Shown: in pieces, positions 49,975-64,000 of the stretch
Layout: each line of letters starts with the position of its first letter
Numbering within the stretch: position 1 is the stretch's first letter
From: Amoebidium appalachense
Lineage: Eukaryota; Protista; Ichthyosporea
Assembly: GCA_963693365.1 (NCBI GenBank)
Contig: CAVNZM010000007.1
Span: 2,775,979 to 2,839,978 of the forward strand
DNA: 64,000 nt
Reading direction: 5' to 3'
Made by a program: the position numbers and the translations under genes
The notes under the pieces: model-generated
The model's input: only the letters and a program-made list of their open reading frames with translations
The model's database searches: none
Told to the model about the DNA's origin: nothing

Positions 49975-50686
49975 TGTCATCTTCACTTGATTCTCAGCAA
50001 GACTTAGAAGTTGAGTTTTGTATTTATTTATTAGTTGTTGTAGTTTGTTTCCTTTTCCTTTCTTCATTTCTTTCTTTCTTTTCTGTTTCCGTGTACACGA
50101 CATCTTAGATCTGTGTACGTATCGACATACTTAGGTCGCGCACACGTATTGTCGTTTGCGTCAAAATCTATATATGTCATCCAATCATATCTCGTTTGTA
50201 TTTTCCCAAATATAGTAACTTACATTACTTTCTCATTCCTTTCCCACGACGTAGCATTGTGCTATGTTCTCCAACTATTAGGAATAATTATATTTAGACG
50301 TGTTATGATAAGAACATGTATAAATGTATGTTATGAATTAATAGTTACATAAGTGGTTTCATTTTGTTAAATGTTTCCGTGCTTTTATTAGAAGTTTCTT
50401 TCATTAGAGGATTGAGTTTTATATTCTATGTGTCGACAAACAGACATTTTAATCGATATATTTTACACTCATAGTTTTCGTTCTTTTGATTGGTTTATCG
50501 TTTCACATTCCCAAGTATAAAAGGGACTTCATCTTGAAATAAATCATAAGCAGTCGTATTCATTTCCTATGGTTCCAGAAATCGTTCCTCCTCTCCGGTT
50601 GTGTTTTTCCCGTGTGTCTCTGTGTTGTGTATATCATAACACCCATCTGTGTTCTCTGCTTCTCCGTTTACCCACACAAAATAACA
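49975..50686 (+). repeat. 5' LTR
   Basis: TGTCATCTTC...AAAATAACA, direct repeat of 56310-57024 with a few substitutions and two small indels. Contains TATAAAA and AATAAA. Confidence 0.93.
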
Positions 50687-50761
50687 GGTTTACGGCCCCT
50701 TTGCACGCTAACACACAATCTCGTTACAACCGCGAAATTCCTCAGTCTTACTGCTTCAATC

Positions 50762-53700
50762 ATGACTGACAAACCGTCGTATATCAACCTTCCAATATGG
50801 AATCCGTCCGAGAAACGAGACGAGAAACGTCTTAATTATTTCGAGTGGGAGCCACTCATTCACCGGTTCATTAGAACAACCATTGCCGAGAAATTCGTTG
50901 ACGCTATCAAGAGGCCACACTGGGTTGACGGCGCTGAAGCCAACCAGTGGCTAGGCTACACCACCAAGGACTCCTACAAGAAAGCTTCCGACGTCCTCGA
51001 CCAGATCCTCAACCAGTCCGTCCATCCGACCGAGCTCTACGACTCCGGCCGGATGCAAGACGGTGTCCACGGTGGTGAAGTCTTCCACAACCTACGTATG
51101 GCGTATGTAGCAGAGAAGGATGCCCGAGTCACCCAGATTCAAGTCACCTTCGAGGAGCTTGAACTACGAGACTACCCCAACGTCACAGCATACCTCACCC
51201 GTCTCCAACGTCTGGCTACGACACTTGCCTGCCTCGACGAGCCCGTCCAGCAAAAGGATGTCGTACGTAAGTTCTTCCTTCACCTCAGGAAGAACACGGC
51301 CCTGGTCGGCTCCGACATTGAACGTCTCTGCTCCGACTACTGGATGAACAACAAGGCCTACCCGTCCTTCAACCAGCTCATCAGTGACATCCGAGGAGCT
51401 GAAATCCGTGCCGGCCTCATCGACGCAGGCACTGGTGCAACCGTCAACAACCGTCCCCTCCGTGCACTCCAGAGCAGAGTGCTTCCCCCCGGTGACCTCC
51501 GTAACCGTATTCCTCGACGTGAGCATACACCTCACCGCTCCCCGTCCCGTTCCCGTCAATCCTCGTCCTTCCTCCAAGTCACCCGGCCCCCGTTCAACTT
51601 CCCCTTACCACCGTGGTAACAGGGACAACCGTAACCGACAGCACAACACCAAGAAGGTGGAGTGTTCCTACTGCCATGAGCCCCACCACATCACAGCATG
51701 CCCGGAGCCTGGCTGTACTGTTGCTCGTCGTGCCAAGCAGGAGAAAGGCGACAAGAGTGTGAAATTTGCACTCATCTCCTCCACCGGCACACCTGACAGT
51801 AACGACCCCGTCTGGGACAGTGCTTGTAATGCACACATCTGCCCCATCAAGGAGTATTTCTCCTCCCTTACCCCGTGTCCTCCCACCCCCATTCACGGCC
51901 TCGGCACAGTCAATGCCAAACAACGTGGCATCATCAACATGACACTGCACTACAACGGCCAACCAACACAGTGCAGCATCAATGCTTACTACGTACCCGA
52001 GTCACCGTCTTTCCTCGTGTCTACCTCCATGGCCTCAGCTGCCGGTCTCCTAGGTCATTGTGACGATACAGACAACCACCCGTCGTTCCTCTACAGCCGT
52101 AATGGTGACATCATTTCAGATCTCACCACCCTCGACGGTCTCTACTACATCACTGACTATGTGATTGAGACTCCTCAACACCCGAAGGTCCAAGCCTACA
52201 CAGCAAGGACTCAACCACCCGCCGACCTCACCCTTTGGCACAACCGTCTCGGCCACCGTGCCCTCTCCACCGTCACCAGGATGGCCAAGGATGAGCTTGT
52301 CATCGGCATGCCCCCCTCCCTCAAGTCACCCGACAACAGTGACTGCTTCGGCTGCATGTCTGGCAAGACCACCAAGGCCCCCTTTCCCGGCACCCGTTCC
52401 AAGTTCACCATTCCCGGTGCTAAGTGGCACCTGGACTTCTTCGAAGCTCCCTGTGCTTCCTACGGAGGCTACAAGGTTGCTCTGGTGTGTGTTTGTGATG
52501 CCACCGGTTACACCACCGTGTTCCCCCTCTACAACCGTGGTGAAACCCTCAGCTACATCCAGTCTCTCGTTGAAACCATCGAACGTCAGACACCTGAGAT
52601 CGTCACCCATCTTCGGTTTGACTCCGGCTCTGAGTTCACCTCCAAGGACACCGAGGCCTACTGCAAGCAGAAAGGCATCATCATGGAGTTTGCCCCCGTT
52701 GACACACCACAACACAACGGTGTTGTTGAACGGAAGATGAGAGAACTGCAAGAGACAGTCCGTTGCTTCCTCCATGCCGACAAGGACCAACCTCTCTCTC
52801 CCAAGTTGTGGGTTGCTGCTCTCAAGCATGCTGGCTACATCATCAACGTCACACCGTCATCTGCTGCCAACGGCAACACTCCCTTCGAGGCCTTCCACGG
52901 CTTCAAACCCGACGTCTCCCAGCTCCACGTGTTCGGCTCCCCTGCCTATGTGCATGTTCCCCGGTCAAAGAGGAACAAGCTGGCATCAACCGTCAGAGTC
53001 GGCACCTACGTTGGCTGGGACCTGCCCTCTAAGGCACACAAGATCCTCGACCGTGCCAGCAACCAAGTCAAGATCTGCCGTGATGTGATCTTCGACGAGT
53101 CGAAATTCACGAGCAGCACCAATCAGGTCTCCGTTCCCCCCAAACCCGATCTGCCGACATTGGACCCCCCCTCCGACGACGACGATGAAACTTCGTCTGT
53201 GGTCATCTCCCAACCGTCCTGGCACAACCAACCAGCCCCGGTTGAACCCGTGCCTCCCCCGAGCCCCCCCCCCCCACTGGCCAACAACCCTTGCTGCCGG
53301 CCCCCCCCGTTGCCGTGCATCAACCCGGCTACATGACTCCGGTTCGTCCTGGGTCCCCCACCTTCCACTCGGCCTCGAGCAGCCCTGTGGACACCGATGC
53401 CCCCCTCACCACCGGTCCTATTCCTGGCTTCCATGCCCCTGTCCCGGCCTCCACCACCTACCCGGCCACCACCCCCCTCAAGGACCCCCCCAAGCCCAAC
53501 CTTCGTCGGTCTACACGTCTCACCAAGACTCCAACGGCACTGGTCAGTATCATAGCACCGACCATCAACATTGACCAGCTCCCCAAGGGCATTCAAAAGC
53601 TTTGCAATGGTCCCAACGGTGATGCCGTCATAGCTGCCCTCACCTCCGAGTACCAAGCCTTCATCACCAAGGATGTCTTCACCATTGTTGATCCCCCCCC

Positions 53701-55135
53701 TGGTGCCAACATCATCAAGTTCAAGTGGATTGTGACTGAGAAAGTCCTCAACTCAGCCGGTGCCAGTGACACCAAGATCAAAGCTCGTGGTGTTGCAAAG
53801 GGCTTCACTCAAGTCTACGGTGTTGACTACGGTGACACCTCTTCCCCCGTGGTGATGTCCTCCTCTGTCCGTGCCCTCCTTGCCATCGGTGTGGACGGCA
53901 ACCATGAGATTCATCAACTCGACGTCTCAACTGCCTTCCTCAACAGTCCTCTTCAAGAAGACATCTACATTGAACCACCACCTGGCTTCATCACCCCCGG
54001 CAACGAGCACAAGGTCTGGAAACTTAAGAAGGCACTCTACGGCCTCAAGCAAGCATCACTGGCATGGTATGAGTACTTCGACAAGGTCCTCCTTGCTCAC
54101 GGTCTCGAACGTCTCCGTTCAGATCCATGTGTCTACATCAAGACCTTCCCCAACGGTGACATCATCCTCACTGGCAACTATGTGGACGACGTCATCATCA
54201 TCTGCACGGCCAACTCTTCCCACACCAAGGATCTAGTAGACCACATCATGAAGTCAGCTCTCTGCAAGGTTGACCTTCCCGACATCTTCCTTGGCACCCA
54301 GCTCATCCACACCCCCGGTCACCTCAAGCTGCTTCAACAATCCTACATCAACGACATCGTCAGAGACTTCAACCTCAACGATGCTCACCCCAAGGCTGCT
54401 CCCATTCCCGTCGGTACCGTCATCACCATCAACGAGAACGACTCACCACCCATCAAGGTTCCCTACCGTGAACTACTCGGCCGTCTTTTGTGGGTTGCTC
54501 GTTGTTCCCGGCCCGACATCTCCTTTGCCATCGGCTACCTCGGTAGATTCAGTGCCAACCCCACCAAACTTGCATGGGAATGTCTACTCCGTGTAGTTCG
54601 GTACCTCATCGGCACTTCCAACCTCGGCCTTCACTACGACAAGTCTGCTTCCGATGACAACACCCCCTTGCTGGAGTGTTATTCTGATGCTGACTTTGCC
54701 AACTGCCCCAACACCCGTCGTTCAACCACCGGATACGTCATCTTCTTCAAGGGCATACCCATCACATGGTATTCGAAGCTACAGTCCATCACGGCAACAT
54801 CCACCACCGAGGCTGAGCTTCTAGCCATCAATGCTGCTGTTCAAAACGTCATCTGGCACCGTGATCTCCTCCGTGAACTCGGCTACCCGATGACCGACCC
54901 CACCCCCGTCTACTGTGACAACCAGTCCACCATTGCCCTCCTACACACCAACAGCATCAAGCACCGGACCAAACACATTGCAGTCCGGTACCACAACACG
55001 AAGGACTACATCAAGAGTGGGGATGTGGTCGTCACCTACGTGTCCAGCAAAGACAACGTGGCTGACATCTTCACCAAGCCCCTGCCCGGGTCCTCCCACG
55101 AGCAGCACCGTGATTCACTCAGTCTTCGTGACTGA
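50762..55135 (+). CDS. Copia gag-pol polyprotein, interrupted by two frameshifts (~51570 and ~53270-53310)
   Basis: Zn knuckle CSYCHEPHHITAC; protease WDSACNAH; LWHNRLGH..CFGC; integrase HLDF / RFDSGSEF / NGVVER; RT KARGVAKG, LDVSTAFL, LYGLKQ, YVDD; RNase H YSDADFA, EAE, CDN, NVADIFTK. Confidence 0.9.
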
Positions 55136-55758
55136 GTGTGCCCCCCCCCCTGTCATGTGCTGAGCTGATTCGTATTAGTTTGCTTCTATATTTTGTGTTT
55201 TGGTGAGTGAATTTCGGGGGTTTTCTTGCATAGTGATTCCGGGGTCTAAGTGTGGTATGAGGAGATTAATCAGTGGTATGGGGAGAACCTGATGCGGCGG
55301 CGGCTGATTGTTAAAGCTGCGCGCGTGCATGCGCAAAGCCTCTGCGTACTCTCCATGTTAAATGTTGTATTGCTTCTTGCTGTGTGCTTGGCGAGACCCA
55401 TGTTGCCTGCTCGCGTGTGTGTATGCTTATATGTATTGTGAGTAAAGGTGTGTACGTGTTGTAGTGCTGTAGATGTGTCTGAGGTGGCGGTAGCCAATGG
55501 TGTGGAGTGCGTGTAGTCTGTGGGGGAGGGAGTGTTGTGATTGGCTGAATGTCACTGTGGTATTTGTCTGGCCAGTGGGCCGCGTGTCTGTAAAGTGTCT
55601 CGCGGGGTCGCGGGCTTTTGGAAGTTCTTCTAAGAACACAAAAAAACTCGCTTCCCACCCAACTCAAAGAAAAAGTTTATACGTATACACAGTTTCGAGC
55701 CCCTTTAAGCGTGCAGATAGTTAGAGTAGTTTGTATACACTCTGTTTGTAGACACGAC

Positions 55759-55818
<60 letters not shown>

Positions 55819-56309
55819 TCATCTACAGTGGTCTTCAAGTAGGTTGGGGCACTGGCCAGTGGTCTACACATCACCGTGTAGAGACACCTCCCAACGAAAG
55901 TCTACTGCTGTCTTCATCGATCTCCAGTGTGTGCATCTTCAGTGGGGATTCCTTCTCCACCATCCGTCGTTTATTTATATACCATCATATATATAATGTA
56001 TAAATCATTAGCCACCAACTGTTACACGTCACACATACACTAGTTGTTTCTTCTATATATATTTATATATCGTCATTGGCTACCGTCATGTTCCGAGTCT
56101 TCAGAGGCAACCGTCGTTGTGTGCTTCTTCCGTTTAAAATTTGGTTTTCTTTCCCGGCTTGCCCTTCAAGTCTTCTCCAATTGTCTTCTCGAGTGGGGAA
56201 ACTTGACTGTGACTACACGGCATCTGCTTCTACATGTGTGAGAGTATTAACATCAACAGTCACATCAACAAACTTCACGAGAACCCAACTTCCAACCCTT
56301 GAGTGGGGA

Positions 56310-57024
56310 TGTCATCTTCACTTGATTCTCAGCAAGACTTAGAAGTTGAGTTTTGTATTTATTTATTAGTTGTTGTAGTTTGTTTCCTTTTCCTCAGGCT
56401 TCTTCATTTCTTTCTTTCTTTTCTGTTTCCGTGTACACGACATCTTAGATCTGTGTACGTATCGACATACTTAGCTCGCGCACACGTATTGTCGTTTGCG
56501 TTAAAATCTATATATGTCATCCAATCATATCTCGTTTGTATTTTCCCAAATATAGTAACTTACATTCCTTTCTCATTCCTTTCCCACGACGTAGCATTGT
56601 GCTATGTTCTCCAACTATTAGGAATAATTATATTTAGACGTGTTATGATAAGAACATGTATAAATGTATGTTATGAATTAATAGTTACATAAGTGGTTTC
56701 ATTTTGTTAAATGTTTCCGTGCTTTTATTAGAAGTTTCTTTCATTAGAGGATTGAGTTTTATATTCTATGTGTCGACAGAGACATTTTAATCGATATATT
56801 TTACACTCATAGTTTTCGTTCTTTTGATTGGTTTATCGTTTCACATTCCCAAGTATAAAAGGGACTTCATCTTGAAATAAATCATAAGCAGTCGTATTCA
56901 TTTCCTATGGTTCCAGAAATCGTTCCTCCTCTCCGGTTGTGTTTTTCCCGTGTGTCTCTGTGTTGTGTATATCATAACACCCATCTGTGCTCTCTGCTTC
57001 TCCGTTTACCCACACAAAATAACA
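56310..57024 (+). repeat. 3' LTR
   Basis: Direct repeat of 49975-50686, preceded by a purine tract and followed by CACAC. Confidence 0.93.
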
Positions 57025-57192
57025 CACACACACACACATACACAAACACACACACACACACTACCCCCTCCCCCCTCCCTCTCCCCCGGGCCCTCCTTCA
57101 GTCACAGGCTCTCACCCAAAACCAAAAAAACAAAAACTTCAACGAGGAAAAATGGGGGGGGGGGGATCCCTGGAACTTCAAGAAGGGGCCCC

Positions 57193-57225
<33 letters not shown>

Positions 57226-57249
57226 ACATGCCCGTATAAAAATTCTGGG

Positions 57250-57286
<37 letters not shown>

Positions 57287-57533
57287 TCCAGACCCCCCCC
57301 CCCCCCCCACCTTTTTTAGTCTCGAGCTCTCACCCAAAAAAATACGAAAGGCTTGAAATGAGGAAAAATAGGTGGGGGAGGGGGCCCCGGGAAGGGGAGG
57401 AAGAAAGTGGGGGGAAGGGGGGGGAGACGACGGGGTTGCAGGGGGGGCCCCGGGGGGGGGAGGGGGGGGGGGGGGGGGTTCAACATAATACGTTCTTGAC
57501 CATGTGCATGTGCATAGGGCTGGTCTTCCTTTC

Positions 57534-57571
<38 letters not shown>

Positions 57572-58259
57572 CCTGGCGCACTCACCCATCCGCCTAATAA
57601 ATCCCCCACTCCACCTTTCCCTCACCTCTATATTCACACTGCAACCCACAGCGTGATCAGTAGGGCCTCACATGATTTGCGAACATTCGCCTTCAGAGCT
57701 CGACACTGCTCACGCTTACGGTATACTGTAACAGCCACGACGTCGTGATCACTCTTTAACTTTTCTTGAACAAAAACGGTTACTTCTAAGTTGGCCCTTT
57801 AATATTCCTTGTTGCACTTTCGGATAGTATGGTAGGAATTCGCTTGCGGGACGAATGCGGCCAGGTTTAGCCGGGAGGCCTGTGTTGATAGCAAGAGTAG
57901 CACTGAGTACTTGTGTTCATGCAGTCACTCGTAATATTTACGTTTTCTTGTGTTTGTCTACCGTGCTTGTGTGCACACATGCATGTCCCATCGTACGCGT
58001 AAACATGCACATGTGTATGTACGTACACAGAGTCCGTAGTTGATTGAAATTACGATCAATAATGATCTCACTGTCCAGAAAGTTTCATAGGAGAGAGAGT
58101 GAACTAAATGGGTGGAAGAGAACCCGTTTCTTGCTGCAGTGAAGCTAACCAAAACACAGTGTTTGCTTTTGATTAACGGGGTTTCGTTGTTGCCAGCAAC
58201 TCCCAAGACAAAACTTTTTCAGCAACAAAGTTAAATTTTTCTTTAAATTTGTTAATGGA

Positions 58260-58292
<33 letters not shown>

Positions 58293-58800
58293 ATCTCCTC
58301 TTTCACGGTGGCAGGACTTGCTTTAAAACAATGTCACCAAGCTGACTCAGTGACTCAATCGGCAGCCACAGAGTCGGTACATGTACACACACCAACCAAT
58401 AGGCACTTTGTAAAGTTCTGCAGCTGCAGTACTTGCCTAAAAGGCAGCACTACACTTGTATCCAATCGGTGCACTTGGGGGCTCGGCAGTGGGCACTGTC
58501 CACCAGTCATGTGACCGTCACGGCCATCGAATCGAAAAGGACCCCTCCACCCCCGGGGCCCTCTCACAACTATTACCCCCCCCCCCCCCCCCCCCCCCCC
58601 TTCCCCCCGCGGGGCGTAACCCAACTATCTTATAGTATCAGGAAAACATATAAAGGTTAGTCTGCAGACAAGAAGCCCAAGTACACTTTGTCGGCTCCAG
58701 CCAAAGCGCAAGGATCACCACATTGCATCACCTGTTGAGGCTGTGCGTGTGACTGTACGGGCAGACACCAGCATTTTTTTCTTTTTCATTTTTCATTTTT

Positions 58801-58922
<122 letters not shown>

Positions 58923-59517
58923 AGGGAGGGGGGTATTCGGCTGGCTGGTGACTCAGATGTATGATACGGGTCCGGGCCCCGGGAGCATTGTTTGTGGCAT
59001 CACATGCTATATGTGGTAGGCTGAGAGGAACGAACTTACCTTGTAATGATGCACATGACAGTTAAAAAGGAGAAACACAACGTACATTAGCATAATCCCC
59101 GGAGGGAGGTTTGTTGTCAGCGCCAGGCCTACCAGCTTCATTTTTTTTTACAGGATAGGTAGCAAAGCTCGATCGTATGTGTGCAGACTGGGTAAATTAC
59201 AAGAGGGTATATTCGTATACGTACACAAGAATATACATAGCAATCAAAATCAAGACTTCAATTGGCGAGAGTTGGAAAACAACTGGCACTCAGGCATTTC
59301 ACTTATGCCAATTGGTGTATATTATAATGTGTTGCATACCTAAACCACAAACTCAACACGTGCAATGCAAAAATGAGGTTACATTAAGTACACATCAATC
59401 ATCAGCAACCAAAAACAGCAAACATCCACCAAACGACAACTTCATTGCATGAACTCTTCCACCCCTCTTTACTACTAGAACTTTACACACAGTGGCTATG
59501 TACATGTGTTTGCCACC

Positions 59518-60348
59518 TTAAGGGGCCCATCCCCACGTATAGTTCAGGGCCTTAACTCCCGTAATCTGCTTTGCCTCTAGGTATTCGTCCAAGCCCATCT
59601 CCCCCAACTCTCTCCCCACACCGCTCTGGCGCATGCCCCCCCAGGGCGCCTCCATAAAGGCCGGCTGGCAGCAGTTCTCCCACACAACACCTGAGGCGAA
59701 GCATATGTCATAACACAGGCGGTATTCAAGACAAGTCAACTGTGTGATAAGCAGATCCCCCCCCCCCCCCCCCCCTCCCCCCCCCCCCCCCCCGTTTAAT
59801 GCGCCACCATAGAGTACGAAGTACACAAGTACAATGGACAACGCAATGCAAAGTGCTAGCCACACATGAAAGGTATGCATAGTATGGGAGGAACAGATTC
59901 CAGCAGAGCTAATCATCCTCTGGTATCACAACGACTCGTCACGTGAGAGTGCATAACGGGGAAAGGGGGGCAGGGGGGGGGGGGGGGGATGGGGGAGTTG
60001 GCATGTACCTAGTAGAGCGTACCGTTTGCCATACAAAGACAAACAGCACAAGAGCATGCAACAAACGAGGCATCCCCCCGGTGAACAGGAGCAGAAGGGC
60101 GGGGCGGGGCCGGGGGGGGGGGGGGGGGGGGGGGGAGGGGGGGAGGGGGGGGGGGGGGGGGGGGGGGTTATTATACAAGTATAGGATGACGTGTACAATG
60201 CACGACGAAACCACATGCTGTCTTTTGGTAAAAAAAAAGCCCAACATGTACACGCACATGCACACGCAAACACACACACACACACACACAAAGCCTTGGA
60301 AGTTGGTGGGTGGGTAGCAGGTGTGTGTGTATGTGGGGAGGGGGGGGG

Positions 60349-60383
<35 letters not shown>

Positions 60384-60566
60384 GGTGAGGGATTGAATTA
60401 CCAGCGCGGAGTTTCTTTGCGACTTTGCGTGCAGTGGCGAGGTCACCCGACATGATGGAAGCTGCTAGGCCGTAGGTGGTGTCGTTGGCCAATCGAACGG
60501 CTTCGTTAAGATCGGTGAATGACGTCACAGAGAGCACGGGCCCGAAGATCTCCTCCTTCCAAATGG

Positions 60567-60619
<53 letters not shown>

Positions 60620-60761
60620 GAGAAGCAAGGGTGGTGGTGGTGCGTCTTCGTAAGGGAGGGAAGAGGGGAGACGCCGGAGGTAGATTAGCACGCGGTACAG
60701 AGTTTGAAGTAGAGATTCACAACGGACACACACAAAATATATGCATCGAAAAAAGAGCCCC

Positions 60762-60811
<50 letters not shown>

Positions 60812-61915
60812 CTGATTAGCTCATAAACGTCAACTAAGCAGAAGGAAAGCCAAATCCAAACCCACAACGCAGGAAACGGAATAGCCCCAAGAAGCCAACA
60901 AAATGCCACACAGACAAGTCATTTTTTTTTTTTAAACACAAAACCAACGGCGTTCCCAATCCTCGGCTCCGGTCCGTGAGGTTTAGGGGCGGGCGGGCGG
61001 GGGTGGGGGGAGGGGGGGAGGGGGGTAGATTGGGCTGTCGATAGCACAAGCACAGAATTTGAAAAAACACCTAGCGGCTGGTGCAGTGCTGATGTGCAAA
61101 GACGGAACACAAACATGAGGGATGCAACATTTAGTGGACCCCATCCCAAGAAAGAGGGGGGGGGGGAGGGGGGGGGGGGGGGGGGGGAGGGGAGGGGGAG
61201 GTGTCATCCAAAGCATCATAGTTTCCACTCAATTCACCTCGCTTGCGGAATACAACTCCAACTCCGAAATCGCTTGAACAGGAAGGTGACACGGATGACC
61301 CATAGGTGTACCAATATCAGTATAAGATGTAAAATTGCTCAGTACAAAGTACCTTTATTCGCTCTAAAATCTAGTCAGCTGTACCAGATTCAATAACGAT
61401 GGAGGAGAGGGAGAAGAGGGGGGGGGGGGGGGGGGGGGGGGGAGAGGGTGGGAAGAAGGGGAGAGGGAGAGACGGGGAAGGGGGGTTCATACTCATCTCA
61501 GGGGTGACATCAGTGAACACAGTCGGTTCCACATAGAACCCCCCGTCGGGGGCATCGGCCGGCCGGCCCCCACCCACAGCCAAGGTGGCGCCCTCGCTCT
61601 TCCCCTTCTTCATGTAGCCTAGAACCTTCTTCATCTGACCCTCGCTCACTATCGGGCCAACCTTCACGCTTTCACCGTCAGGGCCGAGGGGGTTGCCGAC
61701 TTTGAGCTCCTGTGTGTGTGTGTGTGTGTGTGTGTGCAAGGGGGGGGGGGGGGGGGGGGGAGGGGGGGCTGGGGGAGGGGCCGGGGGGGGGGGGGATTTG
61801 TGTGTGTGTGTGTGTGGGGGGGGGGGGGGGAGGGGTTGTGTGTGTGTGTGTGTGTGTGTGTGTTTGGGGGAAGGGGGGGGGGGGGGGGGTTGTGTGTGCG
61901 TGTATGTGTGTATGT

Positions 61916-61970
<55 letters not shown>

Positions 61971-62177
61971 GGGGGTGGGGGGGAGGGAGGGCGTGAGAGA
62001 AGTTAGAATTGGTAGATAACACAAAGAGCCAACTCAATACGGATCAAGTCATGTGGATGTGACAAAATGGACGCGCGCGCGCATGTGTGTGTGTGTGTGT
62101 GTGAGGGGGGGGGGGGGGGGGGGGGGGGGTAGGCCGGGGAGGGGAGGGGAGGAGATTTATGATAAAGAAAGAAGATA

Positions 62178-62212
<35 letters not shown>

Positions 62213-63104
62213 GGGCACCTGGAGGGCGCGCAGAAGTTGCGGTTCTTTGCGTCACAGGGTGAGTAGCACCGGGGAGGGGGGGGGGGGGGGGGGGGGGGGG
62301 TCAGAAAGCGGTTCTTTGTCAGTAGAGCAATTCAGGGTTACATAACGAGGAACAGGATGTGGTGCATAAAGCGACATAATGAACGATTTTCAACAAATTG
62401 GAACAATAGAGTAGGAGGCATCAAAAAACACAAAGCAGAACGTCACAACAATACAGAATCCAGACCCACCCTTTTTTTGAAAAGAAAATAGCACACACAG
62501 AAAATTAAAGGGGGGGGGGGGGGGGGTTCCATGTGCATGCACACGCACCTTTGCCTTCTGGATGATTCTAGGCACCAGTGACTCATAAACGTCCTTGTGC
62601 ACGAGCAGGCGGGAAGTGGCGCTGCACACCTGCCCACTGTTCTGGAATATTCCAAACAGCACCCAATCAAGCGTCGCGTCAAGATCGGCGTCAGGGCACA
62701 CGATCATGGGGGATTTCCCGCCCAGCTCGAGGGAGACACCCGCCACGCGCTCCGCTGCTGCGTGCATGACCTGAAATGGGGGGGGGGGGGTAAGAGAAGG
62801 GGACTGGTGTCAGGGGATATTTGTATGGAAATGATTGGATGTGTTGTTTTTCTATGCTTTTTACTTTCTTCGACTCATAAATCCCAACCCCCCCCCCCCC
62901 CCCCCCCCCCCACCCCCAAAACAACTGCTGCCCTGACCCATGCTTCTTCCTTTATGCCTCCCAATTTGGGTCAACCCCCGCACCCCGCCCCCGGGGGGGA
63001 GGGGGGGGGAGGGAATAGGGCAAATAAAAAAGAAGAAGAACACACGTCGGCCTGACAGGAAATCAGCATGCACCCACTTACAGCACCTTCGTTCTGAACC
63101 CCCC

Positions 63105-63135
<31 letters not shown>

Positions 63136-63583
63136 AAAATGAAAATAAAAAAACCCCATCTATCCACCCACCAACCCCCACCAACACTGCCAGCATGCAC
63201 GTGAGGCAAAACGCACCTACAACAACGAGCCAGCCCTTCTATGGCCAACACAACTCCAGGGAGAGAGCCGCTATGTCCAATTAGCAACCTTTAAAGAATC
63301 AATATTATCACAACCGGCACTTGGGCTCGGGGGTTTTAAAGCGAATTAACATCACACGCACCTTCTTGCCGGTAGCAATACTGCCCGTAAACGACAGCTT
63401 GTCCACATCCACGTGATCTGCAAGGGGCTGCCCTGCCTCGGGCCCCAGCCCAGGCAGGACGTTAAGGGCACCAGCAGGCAGGCCCGCACGACGGGCAATA
63501 TCGCCCAAATATAGGCATGTGAGGGGTGCAAGCTCGGAGGGCTTAAGGATTACGGTGCACCCGGCAGCAAGAGCAGCTGCAAC
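59518..63583 (-). CDS. Betaine/amino-aldehyde dehydrogenase (ALDH10-like), 3' five exons; 5' end lies beyond the window
   Basis: Exons 63583-63362, 62770-62549, 61709-61493, 60566-60402, 59690-59518. Motifs [51 protein letters not shown], and a C-terminal WGW typical of ALDH10. Confidence 0.9.
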
Positions 63584-63586
63584 CTG

Positions 63587-63636
<50 letters not shown>

Positions 63637-63929
63637 GTCTGGGGGACGGGAGATGGTAGTATGGGGGGGGGGGGGGGGGGGGGGGGGAGAAGGGGGTAGG
63701 TGGGGATGGGGGTAGGGGAGAGAGAGAGAGATTGAAGAAGTGAGAGTGTGCTACTATAGCCGTGGCAACTGAGAAGTGCAGATTCACAATGGTATTTGAA
63801 ATGCGGAAGTGCCCCCCCCCCCTCTCTCTCCCTCCCTCCCCCCCCCCCCCCCCTCCCTTCCCCCAATCCCCCACCCCCCCAACAAGAAAAGAAAAGAGAG
63901 AGGAGGAGGAGGAGGAGGAGGAGGAGGAG

Positions 63930-64000
<71 letters not shown>

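Larger units (their letters stand above)
49975..57024 (+). mobile_element. Full-length Ty1/copia LTR retrotransposon
   Basis: TG..CA LTRs at 49975-50686 and 56310-57024. TSD CACAC at 49970-74 and 57025-29. PBS-like GGTTTACGGCCC at 50687; PPT-like GAGTGGGGA before the 3' LTR. Domain order PR-IN-RT-RH. Confidence 0.95.

Noticed and set aside
51540-53320. Programmed frameshifting in copia gag-pol
   Set aside because: The first break falls before the gag Zn knuckle and the second in C-rich runs. Mutation or homopolymer sequencing error is more likely; copia normally has one ORF.

Overview
Eukaryotic genomic DNA, probably from a unicellular eukaryote (inference), with introns packed with (CA)n/(GT)n, (GA)n and poly-C/poly-G tracts. 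Host genes in order: the last two exons of a DsbA/thioredoxin-like gene; a 6-exon Rh-type ammonium transporter (+); an intronless DUF1648-like membrane protein (-) head-to-head with a 21-exon NSUN2/Trm4 tRNA m5C methyltransferase (+); an intronless YrhK-like membrane protein (+); and the 3' five exons of an ALDH10/betaine-aldehyde-dehydrogenase-like gene (-). Mobile DNA: (1) a ~15.5 kb fold-back element with ~4.2 kb near-identical inverted arms, encoding a spliced DDE-like transposase with an inserted DEDDy 3'-5' exonuclease; (2) a full-length Ty1/copia retrotransposon with ~713 bp LTRs and a CACAC TSD; (3) a family of 452-bp non-coding repeat units in NSUN2 introns. The third is the most striking. 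Each unit carries all hammerhead-ribozyme core motifs (GUU cleavage triplet, GAAA, CUGANGA) with stem pairings supported by covariation, but the three strands are in a non-circularly permuted order. This makes it a candidate retrozyme-like element with a rearranged hammerhead. All family assignments come from motif recognition, not database searches.
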